NCBI GenBank assembly: GCA_039818825.1
Contig: JBCBTD010000012.1
Coordinates: 8,863 to 72,862, forward strand
DNA length: 64,000 bases
From: Pseudomonadota bacterium
GTDB lineage: Bacteria; Pseudomonadota; Alphaproteobacteria; Geminicoccales; Geminicoccaceae
Direction of reading: 5' to 3'
Below, piece after piece: positions 19,277 through 28,165 of the stretch. The notes beneath the pieces were generated by a model. The model was not told the origin of the DNA and searched no databases. It worked only from the letters and a program-made list of their open reading frames with translations. Position numbers and translations under genes: made by a program. Positions within the stretch are counted from its first letter, which is position 1. The number at the start of each line of letters is the position of its first letter.

Positions 19277-19692
19277 GGGACCGGCACTTGTGAGGAAGTC
19301 AGTCCTTCTCGAGGGGGCCTGTTTGGGGGCAGGTCGTGCCGGCCGGAGTGGCGTCTGGCTCGCCCGCCGCCTCGGCGACCCTCCAATGGCTGGGCGTCAT
19401 CAGTTCAGGCTGACGCAAGCCCGGCCAAGCGCCGGACCTTCCGAGCGACGGCGGCGATCACGCAAGTATGGATGGCACACGACGGCTTCGATCGTCGAAC
19501 AGAGCGGAAGTTCACGAGCCGCCCCACCGACAGCCGTCGAGCAGCTGCAACGGTAGTCCAGCTTTCGAAACCAGCTTCCGAAAATCTCGGAGTCACAGCG
19601 GTCGCGCCGTTGCCGAAACTGCCGGATTTGCGAAATCAACTTGGTCTCTCGGGAGCGGACTAGCCGGAACGACATCAGGGATCGCCCGCGTC

Positions 19693-20271
19693 CTATTGGT
19701 CAGCAACCTCAATTCTCCTGCCGTCAGCAGAGACCTCGATGTCGATCGCATTCTCACCCAGCGTGCCGACGAATTCGTAACCCACCACTTGCATACTCCG
19801 CGAGTGGCTGGCTTCGATGAATTCGGGAGTGAAGCCCGGCATCCGTGCTTCCAGCGACTTCAGGACCGCGCCAGGCACATCGTCGATTTTGAACTCAACC
19901 TCGATCTCGAGGACGTTGCCACTGGGATCGATGTCGATCTCGACGCGGCGTCCGTCTGCCACCACGCCCTGGATTTCGTAGACGAAGCTGCCATCCTCCT
20001 CGGTTTCGGTGTTGGCGCTGATCAACCGTACCTCGCCCAGTTCTTCATACAAGATGACGATGTTGTCGTCGATGACACTGCCATCGTCCACCGGCCCCGG
20101 CGCGTCGATTGCCAGTTTCAACTCTGCCAGGTGGGCTTTCGCGACCTCCATCACGGGTGCTGGCAGGTCAGCGAGTGCGACCGTTTCCTCCACGCCTGCT
20201 AGCGCACCAGTTCCGTTGACCACGACGCCGATTCCGGCGGCGAGAAATACGTTTCTCAACTGTATTTTCAT
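19693..20271 (-). CDS. PepSY domain protein (secreted, two PepSY-like repeats).
   Basis: A signal peptide is followed by repeated ...YE(I/F)xGVxxDGRRxEIDIDxxGNVLEIE... modules. GC content is lower than the surroundings. The gene overlaps the upstream gene by ATGA. Confidence 0.7.
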   Translation of the reverse strand: MKIQLRNVFLAAGIGVVVNGTGALAGVEETVALADLPAPVMEVAKAHLAELKLAIDAPGPVDDGSVIDDNIVILYEELGEVRLISANTETEEDGSFVYEIQGVVADGRRVEIDIDPSGNVLEIEVEFKIDDVPGAVLKSLEARMPGFTPEFIEASHSRSMQVVGYEFVGTLGENAIDIEVSADGRRIEVADQ

Positions 20272-20522
20272 TTGTCTTTTCCAGGTTTATCCGAACGGTC
20301 GCCGAACAATTGCTTTACTTCTTCGCGCAGCACCTGCCAGAAATCTTGCAACTTGGCATACTTGTTGTCCAGGTCGCCGAGATACTCTTCCAGCCGATCG
20401 ATCGCCGCATGTTGTTCGCGCTCCTCCTCGGCCTGGAGTTCGGCTTTCAGGTTCGCCAAGGTCTTTTCGAGGTCATCGATCCGTCCGCGAAGCGCTTCGC
20501 TGTGCTTCTTGAATTCGCTCAT
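20268..20522 (-). CDS. Hypothetical small coiled-coil protein (84 aa).
   Basis: The charged, heptad-like sequence (LEKTLANLKAELQAEEEREQHAAIDRLEEYLGDL) is translationally coupled to the PepSY gene. No family was recognised. Confidence 0.55.
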   Translation of the reverse strand: MSEFKKHSEALRGRIDDLEKTLANLKAELQAEEEREQHAAIDRLEEYLGDLDNKYAKLQDFWQVLREEVKQLFGDRSDKPGKDK

Positions 20523-20538
20523 GTTCCGTTTCCCCTGT

Positions 20539-21702
20539 TCACCACCCCATGACCTGACTGACGCTGATTAGAACAATGGGAAGGACGAAGAAGACAATCC
20601 CGATGTAGGCTGCGACGTAGAGCTTGTTCTTCATTGCCAAGCCCGCGAGCCATTCAGCCGCATAGATAGGCACGTTCCTCGTGAACGGCAGGCCGTAGAT
20701 GACGAGAACTCCGATCACGTTGTAACTGAGATGAACGAGCGCGATCTGCAGCGCAAAGATCGCGTTGGCACCAGTCACTGCCGTTGCTGCCAACAAGGCC
20801 GTGATGCAGGTGCCGATATTGGCCCCGAGCGTGAAGGGGTAAATCTGCTTCAGACTGAACACGCCGCTGCCGGCGAGTGGAACGACCAGACTCGTCGTGG
20901 TCGACGAGGACTGGACAAGGACCGTGATCGCCGTCCCGGAGAAGATCCCGGAAATCGGTCCACGCCCGACGGCCGCGTGCAGGATCGCTTTTGCGCGCCC
21001 CACCATCAGCACCTTGAGCAGCTTGCCGATGTAGGTGATCACGACAAAAATCAGCGCGATTCCCAAAACGATCAACGCGATCCCCATGATCAGGTCGTTC
21101 GCGCCGACGCCATGAAACAGATCTTTCAACGCATCCACGGGTGGCTTCACGAGCGGCTTGACGAAATTGAACCCCTTCACGGACATCGATTCCCCGCCAA
21201 CCAGAAGATTAGCGAGATACTCGCCGGTCTTCTGCAGGAAGCCGAACATGATCTCCAACGGCAGGAAGATCAGAATGCTGAAAAGGTTGAAGAAGTCATG
21301 CACGGTCGCGGCCGAGAACGCACGGCGGAACTCTTCGCCCTGACGCACATGCCCGAGGCTGACGATGGTGTTGGTGATCGTCGTTCCCATGTTGGCGCCC
21401 ATGATCATCGGTATCGCGACGCCGACGGGTAGGCCTCCGGCCACGAGCCCAACGATGATCGACGTGACGGTACTCGACGATTGGATGAGCGCTGTCGCGA
21501 CGGTGCCAACGATCACGCCCGTCACCGGGTTGCTGGCAAAGGCGAAGAGTTCCTTGGCCTGACCGCCCGCCGCTGCCTTGAAGCCGGTGCCGATCATCGC
21601 GACGGCCACGAGCAGCAAGTACACCAACCCGAGGACGAACAGCCATTGCAGCCAATTCGAAGAGGAAGAATGGCTCCCTTGGTCGACAACTGTCGTTGAC
21701 AC
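20539..21702 (-). CDS. Na+/phosphate cotransporter family protein (NptA-like), lacking a PhoU-like C-terminal domain.
   Basis: It has the duplicated QSSSTVTS / QSSSTTTS motifs of Na/Pi-cotransporter II-related proteins and is polytopic. The start codon is GTG. Confidence 0.85.
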   Translation of the reverse strand: MSTTVVDQGSHSSSSNWLQWLFVLGLVYLLLVAVAMIGTGFKAAAGGQAKELFAFASNPVTGVIVGTVATALIQSSSTVTSIIVGLVAGGLPVGVAIPMIMGANMGTTITNTIVSLGHVRQGEEFRRAFSAATVHDFFNLFSILIFLPLEIMFGFLQKTGEYLANLLVGGESMSVKGFNFVKPLVKPPVDALKDLFHGVGANDLIMGIALIVLGIALIFVVITYIGKLLKVLMVGRAKAILHAAVGRGPISGIFSGTAITVLVQSSSTTTSLVVPLAGSGVFSLKQIYPFTLGANIGTCITALLAATAVTGANAIFALQIALVHLSYNVIGVLVIYGLPFTRNVPIYAAEWLAGLAMKNKLYVAAYIGIVFFVLPIVLISVSQVMGW

Positions 21703-22448
21703 TGGTTTCTCCCCCGCCGGCGAGCCTCATGATTCTTGGTCGGCAGCTGTGCTCGCCGCCGGAAACCCGCTGTTGTCGCGGGACTAATAGGGAGGCTGTG
21801 TTGCAATTACGTGACCGCAATGGGATCGAAGGCGATCGCCTTGCCCGCCACCCGATTGGGCTATCGCGTTGGCCGCGCGTTCGGCACTCTTACGAGGCGC
21901 GGCGAGCGGCTGCATTCCGCGGCAGCGTCAAGGTCACGCGTTTTCTGCGAGTCATCGCGAAGGCAGATGTGCGAGCGTCGGCGACGCCACGGCCTCCCTA
22001 CGGTTCCGCCACCAACCAGGCGCGCGACACCCAGGGTGTCGGACGCCACTCGGGTCGCCACGATCCCCTGCCGGGCCTCCTTCTAGAACCGACTTTCTCA
22101 CCGAACATCCCTCCTCTTGGCTCGGCGTTGCCGGCGAGCTTCTTGGCCCCTTCATCCCGCACACCCGACCTACCGTCCAAACCGGTGCGCGCTCTCGAGA
22201 GGCGGCCGGAGCGGCGTCCCGGTCCGCCGCCACTTCGCTTCGTCGTGGCGCACCGCTGCCTGAAGAGGGGCCAACGGCGGCGACCGTGGCATCTCGGGCA
22301 GCGGACCCACCGAGTCGCCGCGTAGATGTCCGAGATCCGTTCGAAGCGCCCTTCGGTCTCCCCTCCGCGCGCGACGTATGGGCGATGGTGCTGTGGCCGC
22401 TGAGATAGGAAAATATAGCCAATCCTGTTCAGTTCGCGGAGCCTCGCC

Positions 22449-22946
22449 ATGACGTCCACCAAGCCATCGCCGAAGCAGCGCAGTGTCGCTCTGCGCAACC
22501 GCGCCAATGCCCGTCGGTCGACCGGGCCGCGGAGCATTGCCGGCAAGGTGCGGGCGGCCGCCAATGCGCTGACCCACGGGCTGACGGCGGAAAGTCCGCG
22601 CGACGAGGCCGAAGCGGCGGATCGTCAGCGGCGGGCGGCGGTGCTGGCGATGGAACTGGTGCCCGAAACCCCGCTGGAGCAGGCCCTGGTCGCCCGCATG
22701 GCCGCGGCCTTGCAACGGCTGGAGCGCGCCGATCGGCTGGAGGTGCAGGCGTTCGAGGCGGCCACCGGCTGGGGCGATTCGACCAGCGGCAAGGCGCTGA
22801 TGGCCAACCGCCGCTGCCAGTTCACGTTCCTCCTGGTCAACCGCTATCGGGCCACCGCCAACGGCGAGCTCTTGGGCACGCTTCGCGCCCTGAAAGCGCT
22901 TCAGGCCGAGCGGCGAACGATCGCACGGCCCGGCGTAGAAGCCTGA
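22449..22946 (+). CDS. Hypothetical protein (165 aa), basic at the N-terminus and helical at the C-terminus.
   Basis: An ATG start, strong GC3 bias and no internal stops support a real gene. No motif was assignable. Confidence 0.5.
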   Translation: MTSTKPSPKQRSVALRNRANARRSTGPRSIAGKVRAAANALTHGLTAESPRDEAEAADRQRRAAVLAMELVPETPLEQALVARMAAALQRLERADRLEVQAFEAATGWGDSTSGKALMANRRCQFTFLLVNRYRATANGELLGTLRALKALQAERRTIARPGVEA

Positions 22947-23026
22947 TTACGAAACGAAGCCAAATCCGAGGAAAGTATTTCCATGCCAACGGCTTGGCCG
23001 AGGTTTTTTGCTGGTCCTCCGGGGCT

Positions 23027-23308
23027 TCAACCGCGGATCAGACGGATCACCGCCAACACGAGAATGGCGCCGATCATCGCCGAGAGCACCGCACCGATCA
23101 GTCCGCCGCCGAGGCTGAAGCCGAGGAACGGAAAGAGCCAGCCGGCAACGAGGGCACCGACGATGCCGAGCACGATACTGCCGAACAGCCCGGCGCCCCG
23201 GCCCTTGACGATCAGATTGGCGAGAAACCCGGCGATGCCGCCGACCACCGCTGCGATCAACAGCCCGACGACCAGACCCACGCCCGGCGTCACCACCACC
23301 TCTTCCAT
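23027..23308 (-). CDS. GlsB/YeaQ/YmgE family stress-response membrane protein (transglycosylase-associated protein).
   Basis: A 93-aa glycine-rich protein with three transmembrane helices (GFLANLIVKGRGAGLFGSIVLGIVGALVAGWL), typical of this family. Confidence 0.8.
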   Translation of the reverse strand: MEEVVVTPGVGLVVGLLIAAVVGGIAGFLANLIVKGRGAGLFGSIVLGIVGALVAGWLFPFLGFSLGGGLIGAVLSAMIGAILVLAVIRLIRG

Positions 23309-23422
23309 GTCGTCTCTCCCCCCGTCGCGACGGCGCCACCATAGGCCTGCCGGCGCCGTCGTCGAGCGTGGCTTACCACGAGCCGCAACCGTGGCGCGCG
23401 CCAGCTCCGTGACCTAAGTTCG

Positions 23423-25138
23423 GTGAGGATGGAAGGGAGAGACGCGATGTGGCGACGATGGACGACGACGGGCCCGGCGATCCTGGCGGCCACCCTTTCG
23501 GCCATGGGGGCGCTGCTCGCCGCCGACGCCCGCGCCGGCTCGACCCAGATGGTCGCGGCGGCCCACCCGTTGGCCGCCCAGGCCGGGTTCGACGTGCTGG
23601 CGGCCGGCGGCAACGCCATCGACGCCATGGTCGCAGTGCAGACGGTGCTGGGCCTGGTCGAGCCGCAATCGTCGGGCCTGGGCGGCGGTGCCTTCGCCGT
23701 CTACTACGACGCCACGTCCGGAACGCTCACCACCTTCGACGGCCGTGAGGTGGCGCCGGCCGCGGCCACACCCGATTACTGGTTGGGCCCGGACGGCGAA
23801 CCGCTCGGCTTCTGGGAGGCCGTCGTCGGCGGGCGCTCGGTCGGCGTGCCCGGCACGCCGATGCTGCTCGACCTGCTCCACGCCCGCTACGGCAGCATGG
23901 ATTGGGCCGACCTGCTGGTGCCGGCCATGACCCTCGCCGAGGAGGGCTTCGCGGTCACGCCGCGGCTGGCGTCGTCGGTCGCCGGCGCGCGCGAGCTGGA
24001 CCGCTTCGAGCCGACCCGCAGCTACTTCTTTCCGGGCGGCGCGCCGCTCGAGGCCGGCGACGTGTTGATGAACCCTGCTTATGCCGAGACGCTGCGGCTG
24101 ATGGCGGCGGAACGGAGTGCGCCCTTCTACGACGGCCCCGTGGCCGAGGCGATCGTCGCCGCGACCACCGCCGAAGGCGGCATCCTGGCGCTCGACGACT
24201 TCGCGGCCTACGAGCTCGTGGAGCGGCCGCCGATCTGCGTCGAGTACCACCGCAACCTGGTCTGTGGCATGGGGCCACCCAGCTCCGGCGCGCTGACCGT
24301 TGGCCAGATCCTCGGCATGGTGGAAGGCTTCGACCTCCAAACCATGGGCTACGGTCCCGAAGCGGCGCATCTGATCGCCGAGGCGGCGCGCCTCGCCTTC
24401 AAGGACCGCGCCCTCTACATGGCCGATTCGGACTTCGTCCGGGTTCCGGTCGAGGGCCTGGTCGATCCGGCCTATCTCGTCGAGCGCGCGCTGCTGATCG
24501 ACCCGATGGCGGCCAACCCCGACGCCGAGGCCGGCACCCCGCCCTGGGACGAGGGCGCGCTCCGGGCACCGCAGTCGACGCAGCCGGAGCACGGCACCAG
24601 CCACTTCGTCATCATGGACGAAGCCGGCAACGCCCTCTCCATGACGACGACGATCGAGAGCGGCTTCGGCTCCAGGCTGATGACCGGCGGTTTCCTCCTG
24701 AACAACGAGTTGACCGACTTCTCCTTCCGTCCCGAAGCCGACGGCCGACCGGTCGCCAACCGGGTCGAGGGGTCCAAGCGCCCGCGCAGCTCGATGAGCC
24801 CGACAATCGTGCTGCGGGACGGCGCGCCGTACCTGTTGATCGGCTCGCCCGGCGGCTCAAGGATCATCGGCTACACGGCGCTGGCGGCCATCGGCGTTCT
24901 CGACTGGGATCTCATGCCCCAGAGCGCGATCGACCTCGGCCACGTCATCAACCGCGGCGGCGCTACCGACCTCGAGGCGGGCACGGCGGCGGCGACCTTC
25001 GCCGCACCGCTGGCGGAGCTGGGCCACGAGGTCAACGTCCGCGATCTCACCAGCGGTCTCCACGCCATCCTGGTCACCGACGACGGTCTCGTCGGCGGCG
25101 CCGATCCGAGGCGCGAAGGCGTGGTGCTCGGTGACTGA
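23423..25138 (+). CDS. ggt: Gamma-glutamyltransferase.
   Basis: The signal peptide, the autoprocessing-site region (...EHGTSHFVIMDEAGNA, Thr nucleophile) and C-terminal GSPGGSRII are GGT hallmarks. The likely true start is the internal Met at 23447. Confidence 0.85.
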   Translation: MRMEGRDAMWRRWTTTGPAILAATLSAMGALLAADARAGSTQMVAAAHPLAAQAGFDVLAAGGNAIDAMVAVQTVLGLVEPQSSGLGGGAFAVYYDATSGTLTTFDGREVAPAAATPDYWLGPDGEPLGFWEAVVGGRSVGVPGTPMLLDLLHARYGSMDWADLLVPAMTLAEEGFAVTPRLASSVAGARELDRFEPTRSYFFPGGAPLEAGDVLMNPAYAETLRLMAAERSAPFYDGPVAEAIVAATTAEGGILALDDFAAYELVERPPICVEYHRNLVCGMGPPSSGALTVGQILGMVEGFDLQTMGYGPEAAHLIAEAARLAFKDRALYMADSDFVRVPVEGLVDPAYLVERALLIDPMAANPDAEAGTPPWDEGALRAPQSTQPEHGTSHFVIMDEAGNALSMTTTIESGFGSRLMTGGFLLNNELTDFSFRPEADGRPVANRVEGSKRPRSSMSPTIVLRDGAPYLLIGSPGGSRIIGYTALAAIGVLDWDLMPQSAIDLGHVINRGGATDLEAGTAAATFAAPLAELGHEVNVRDLTSGLHAILVTDDGLVGGADPRREGVVLGD

Positions 25139-25147
25139 GCCGACCGC

Positions 25148-26227
25148 TCATCCCGCTTCGACGATTGCCCGCCAGACTTCGGGCGGCAGTGGCACGCCTC
25201 GGACCGTGCGCTCGGCCCGCAGCGCGCGCTCGGGATCGCCCGGCACCAGCACGGTGTCGGTGCCCGGCCGCGGCTGCGCCGCGCGCACCCAATCGACGAA
25301 CCGGGTGACCTCGCCGTGGAAGTCGTTGGCCGGGTCGAGCCGTGCGGGATCGAGGAACACCGAGAGCATCGCGTTGGCGACCGGCGCCTTGCCGGGGCCG
25401 CAGGTGCCGCCGCCGGTCAACGCACCGCCCAGCAGTTCCATCATGAAGGCGAGGCCTGAGCCTTTGTGCTCGCCCATGGCGACCAGCGCGCCCGGCGCCG
25501 AAATCGCCGCCGGCACGTGGGTCGGATCGTTGGTCCCGTAGAAGTCCGACGGATCGTGCGACAGATGGCCGTCAGGGGCGATGATGCAGGCCGGCGGCAG
25601 GGTCTTGCCGCCCTTCATCGCGTTCAGCACCTTGCCCTCGGCGACTTTGGACGTGGCGAAGTCGAGGATCAGCGGGGCTTCGTCCGGGCGCGGGATGCCG
25701 ACGCTGAAGGGTGCCGTCGAGAACCGCTTGGCCATGGCACCGAACGGCGCCACCAGCACCGAGCCATGGACGTTGACGCAGTGGATCGAGACGAGCCCGG
25801 CGTCCGCGGCGCGCTCGGCCCACTCGCCGATGCGCCCGAGATGGCCCGAGCGGCGCAAGGCGGTGATCGCGACCCCGTGCTCGCGGCAGCGGGCGATCCC
25901 GAGGTCGACGATCCGCCGACCGAGCGTCTGGCCGAAGCCGTGGCCGCCGTCGGCGAGCACAAAGGCGCCGCCGTCGGTGACGGTCTCCGGCTCGCGCCCG
26001 GGCCGCAAGGTGGCCTCGTCCATCCACGCCAGATAGCGTGGCACGCGGACGACGCCGTGGCTGTCGTGGCCCGTCAGATTGGCCGCGACCAGCGACGTGG
26101 CGACGTTCAGCGCTTCGCCGGGCGTGCAGCCTTTGGCTTCGAACAGCGCCGCCACCCGCGCCGTCAGGGTTTCGACCGGTATCAGTTCCACGCCCGCCTC
26201 CGTCGTGTTTGGCGACGAGCGAAGCAC
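25148..26227 (-). CDS. Ldh family oxidoreductase (malate/L-lactate dehydrogenase family 2, LDH2).
   Basis: HDSHGVVRVPRYLAWM, GHLGRIGEWAE and MGEHKGSGLAFMMELLGGALTGGG are LDH2-family motifs. The start may be a GTG at 26191. Confidence 0.8.
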   Translation of the reverse strand: MLRSSPNTTEAGVELIPVETLTARVAALFEAKGCTPGEALNVATSLVAANLTGHDSHGVVRVPRYLAWMDEATLRPGREPETVTDGGAFVLADGGHGFGQTLGRRIVDLGIARCREHGVAITALRRSGHLGRIGEWAERAADAGLVSIHCVNVHGSVLVAPFGAMAKRFSTAPFSVGIPRPDEAPLILDFATSKVAEGKVLNAMKGGKTLPPACIIAPDGHLSHDPSDFYGTNDPTHVPAAISAPGALVAMGEHKGSGLAFMMELLGGALTGGGTCGPGKAPVANAMLSVFLDPARLDPANDFHGEVTRFVDWVRAAQPRPGTDTVLVPGDPERALRAERTVRGVPLPPEVWRAIVEAG

Positions 26228-26236
26228 GGCCGTGGT

Positions 26237-26492
26237 TCAGTGGGAAGCGTCCGGCGCGCAGAACCGGCCGGCCGGACCGCCTAGCCAGACGCTTCCGAAC
26301 GCCAGCGCCACCAGGAGCGCTCCCATCGCCTTCTGGAGCCAGAACGCTCGTCGTGGCGCTGGCCGGATGCGCCCGCACCGCCGCGGGCGCGCCTTGGGCC
26401 AGGGCCGCGGTGATGCCGCCACACATGCCGAGACAGTGGAGGCTGGACGCAGCGCCCAAGGTGAGGGCGACGAGAAGGAGCTCCGCGGTCAA
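26237..26492 (-). pseudogene. Remnant of a DsbD_2-like (cytochrome c biogenesis transmembrane-region-like / UreH-like) membrane protein gene. N-terminal fragment only, frameshifted.
   Basis: The first about 35 codons encode MTAELLLVALTLGAASSLHCLGMCGGITAALAQ, which contains the HCxxMCGG motif of that family. The downstream translation is not membrane-like. A second frame (..FWLQKAMGALLVALAFGSVWLGG*) ends at 26237, directly abutting the LDH2 gene. A full-length member would be about 240 aa. Confidence 0.4.
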
Positions 26493-26679
26493 CGCTGGCC
26501 CGGGCTCGTTGGAAGCGACCGAGCGACGGTTGGGTGCCGAGCGCGGCCCTGCCCAGCGCGACGATCACGGCTGCGGCTGCCGCCCGATGTCGGCTGGCCC
26601 GTTGGTTGGTCGCCGACGCGCTCTGGTGTAAGCTTCCGTCTGGGAGACCAACACGTCGTCGAACGGAATCAAAGATCGC

Positions 26680-27444
26680 ATGAACGAGCCGTCGAACGAG
26701 GGCACGCCGCCCTTCGTGCGTGCGCGGCGTCGCTCCGCCGCCCCGCCGCCGTCACGGCGTCCACCGGCACGCGTCGACGTGCCGGCAGAGGCGCTGCCTG
26801 CAGCTGGCTACCGACAGAGCCTCGGCACTGGCGACGACGCCACGCTGGCGCGGCGTTTGCGGCAGGCCAAGCGGGCGCGCCACTTGCGCGCCTGGGGTTC
26901 GCGCGCCGGGATCGTCGCCACTTCGTTGGTGGTGGGTCTCGTGGTCGGCGTGCTCGCTGCAGGCGTCGGCCCCCGCCTCCCGTCGTTCGACGAGGTGCGA
27001 GCTACGGTCGCCGAGTCCTTGCCGCCAGCGGCGGGTGAGGATCGTGTCGCCGGCGGCGACGCCGCGGCGGAAGCGCAGATCCTGGCCATGCTCGACGGCG
27101 GCGACGCGCTGTTCGCCGAGCTGGACGCGTTGGCGACCGCCCGCAGCGACGTCACTGGCCGGCTCACGGCCGGCAGCGCCGACCTCGACCACCGGACCGA
27201 GCTCGCCGGTCTCGAACGCACGCTCCGGGGGCTGTTGGTCTACACTGCGCGCGTCGCCGACGCCCTGGAGGATGACCGGAGCGACGTCGACTTGGCGGCC
27301 GGCGTTCCGTTCCCGGCTTTGGGCGAGTTGGATCAGCTGGAGCAGCGCGCCGCCAGTGTCACCGGCGAGGTTCCCGCCGTGCGGGCGTTGGCCGATCGGG
27401 CCATGCTGATCGAGCGCTTGCTCGACACGCCGGTGTCGCCTTGA
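26680..27444 (+). CDS. Hypothetical single-pass membrane protein.
   Basis: An open 254-codon frame with a central transmembrane segment (IVATSLVVGLVVGVLAAGV) and coding-like GC3. The N-terminal region is Arg/Pro-rich, so the true start may be internal. Confidence 0.4.
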   Translation: MNEPSNEGTPPFVRARRRSAAPPPSRRPPARVDVPAEALPAAGYRQSLGTGDDATLARRLRQAKRARHLRAWGSRAGIVATSLVVGLVVGVLAAGVGPRLPSFDEVRATVAESLPPAAGEDRVAGGDAAAEAQILAMLDGGDALFAELDALATARSDVTGRLTAGSADLDHRTELAGLERTLRGLLVYTARVADALEDDRSDVDLAAGVPFPALGELDQLEQRAASVTGEVPAVRALADRAMLIERLLDTPVSP

Positions 27445-27469
27445 GCCGCGTTCGGCCGGCCGCGGCCGG

Positions 27470-28036
27470 TCAATCGCTCGCGAACACGTGCGCCACGCGA
27501 TTGCGCGGTTCCACCACGCCTTCGGCGGTCGGCACCGGTAGCGGCCAGTTCGCCTCGATACCGGACAACGCTTCGACGTCGTCGGCAGTGAAGCCCGCGG
27601 CAAGGATCAGCTCAGCCACCGCGTCGGCGCGACGCTGTGCCAACCGGGAGTTCGCCGCCGGCGAGCCGGTCCGATCCGCAAAGCCGATGACCTTCACGCG
27701 CGACGTCCCCAGCTGGCGGATCGCAGATGCGGCGCCGACCACGCGTTCCCGCTCCGCCGGGGCGATGCCGACGGCGCCGTTGCGGAAAGCGACGGCCGCC
27801 ACCAGCCGCGGGGCTCCGTCGACAGGCGCCGGTGTTGGCGCGGCATCGAGCCCGCTGCTCTCGTTCGCCAAGCGGCCCAGCGCCCTCGCTATCTCGGCGT
27901 TGAGTGCCCGCAGCTCCGCCAGGACGAGCTGGCGCATGCGCGCCTCCGACGGCTCGGTTTGCGCCGCCGCCCGGTCAGCGGCGGCGGCGAAGAGGCAGCA
28001 GGTCAGTACGAACGGCGAGAGCGAGGTCCAGCGCAT
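27470..28036 (-). CDS. OmpA-family protein (periplasmic peptidoglycan-binding OmpA-like C-terminal domain).
   Basis: A signal peptide is followed by a C-terminal OmpA motif (VIGFADRTGSPAANSRLAQRRADAV). Confidence 0.8.
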   Translation of the reverse strand: MRWTSLSPFVLTCCLFAAAADRAAAQTEPSEARMRQLVLAELRALNAEIARALGRLANESSGLDAAPTPAPVDGAPRLVAAVAFRNGAVGIAPAERERVVGAASAIRQLGTSRVKVIGFADRTGSPAANSRLAQRRADAVAELILAAGFTADDVEALSGIEANWPLPVPTAEGVVEPRNRVAHVFASD

Positions 28037-28165
28037 CGTTGAGCATCCAAGACGAGGGCAGCGCGCCGCGGTTCGCGATCAGCAACCTAGAGTAACGCCG
28101 CCGGGCTGCGTTCGGTATCGTCGAGTTGTTGGAAATCCTCGGGGCTGCTCCATTTGGGGTTGAAG

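Noticed and set aside
21696-22408. Plus-strand ORFs of 209 and 179 aa in the long spacer.
   Set aside because: Their composition is P/R/G/S-rich with no hydrophobic core or motif, and they mutually overlap in different frames. I treat the region as non-coding.
25572-26492. A 306-aa minus-strand ORF treated as a full gene.
   Set aside because: Only the first about 35 residues look protein-like (DsbD_2 motif). The rest overlaps the LDH2 gene out of frame and is R/G-rich. It is kept only as a short pseudogene remnant.
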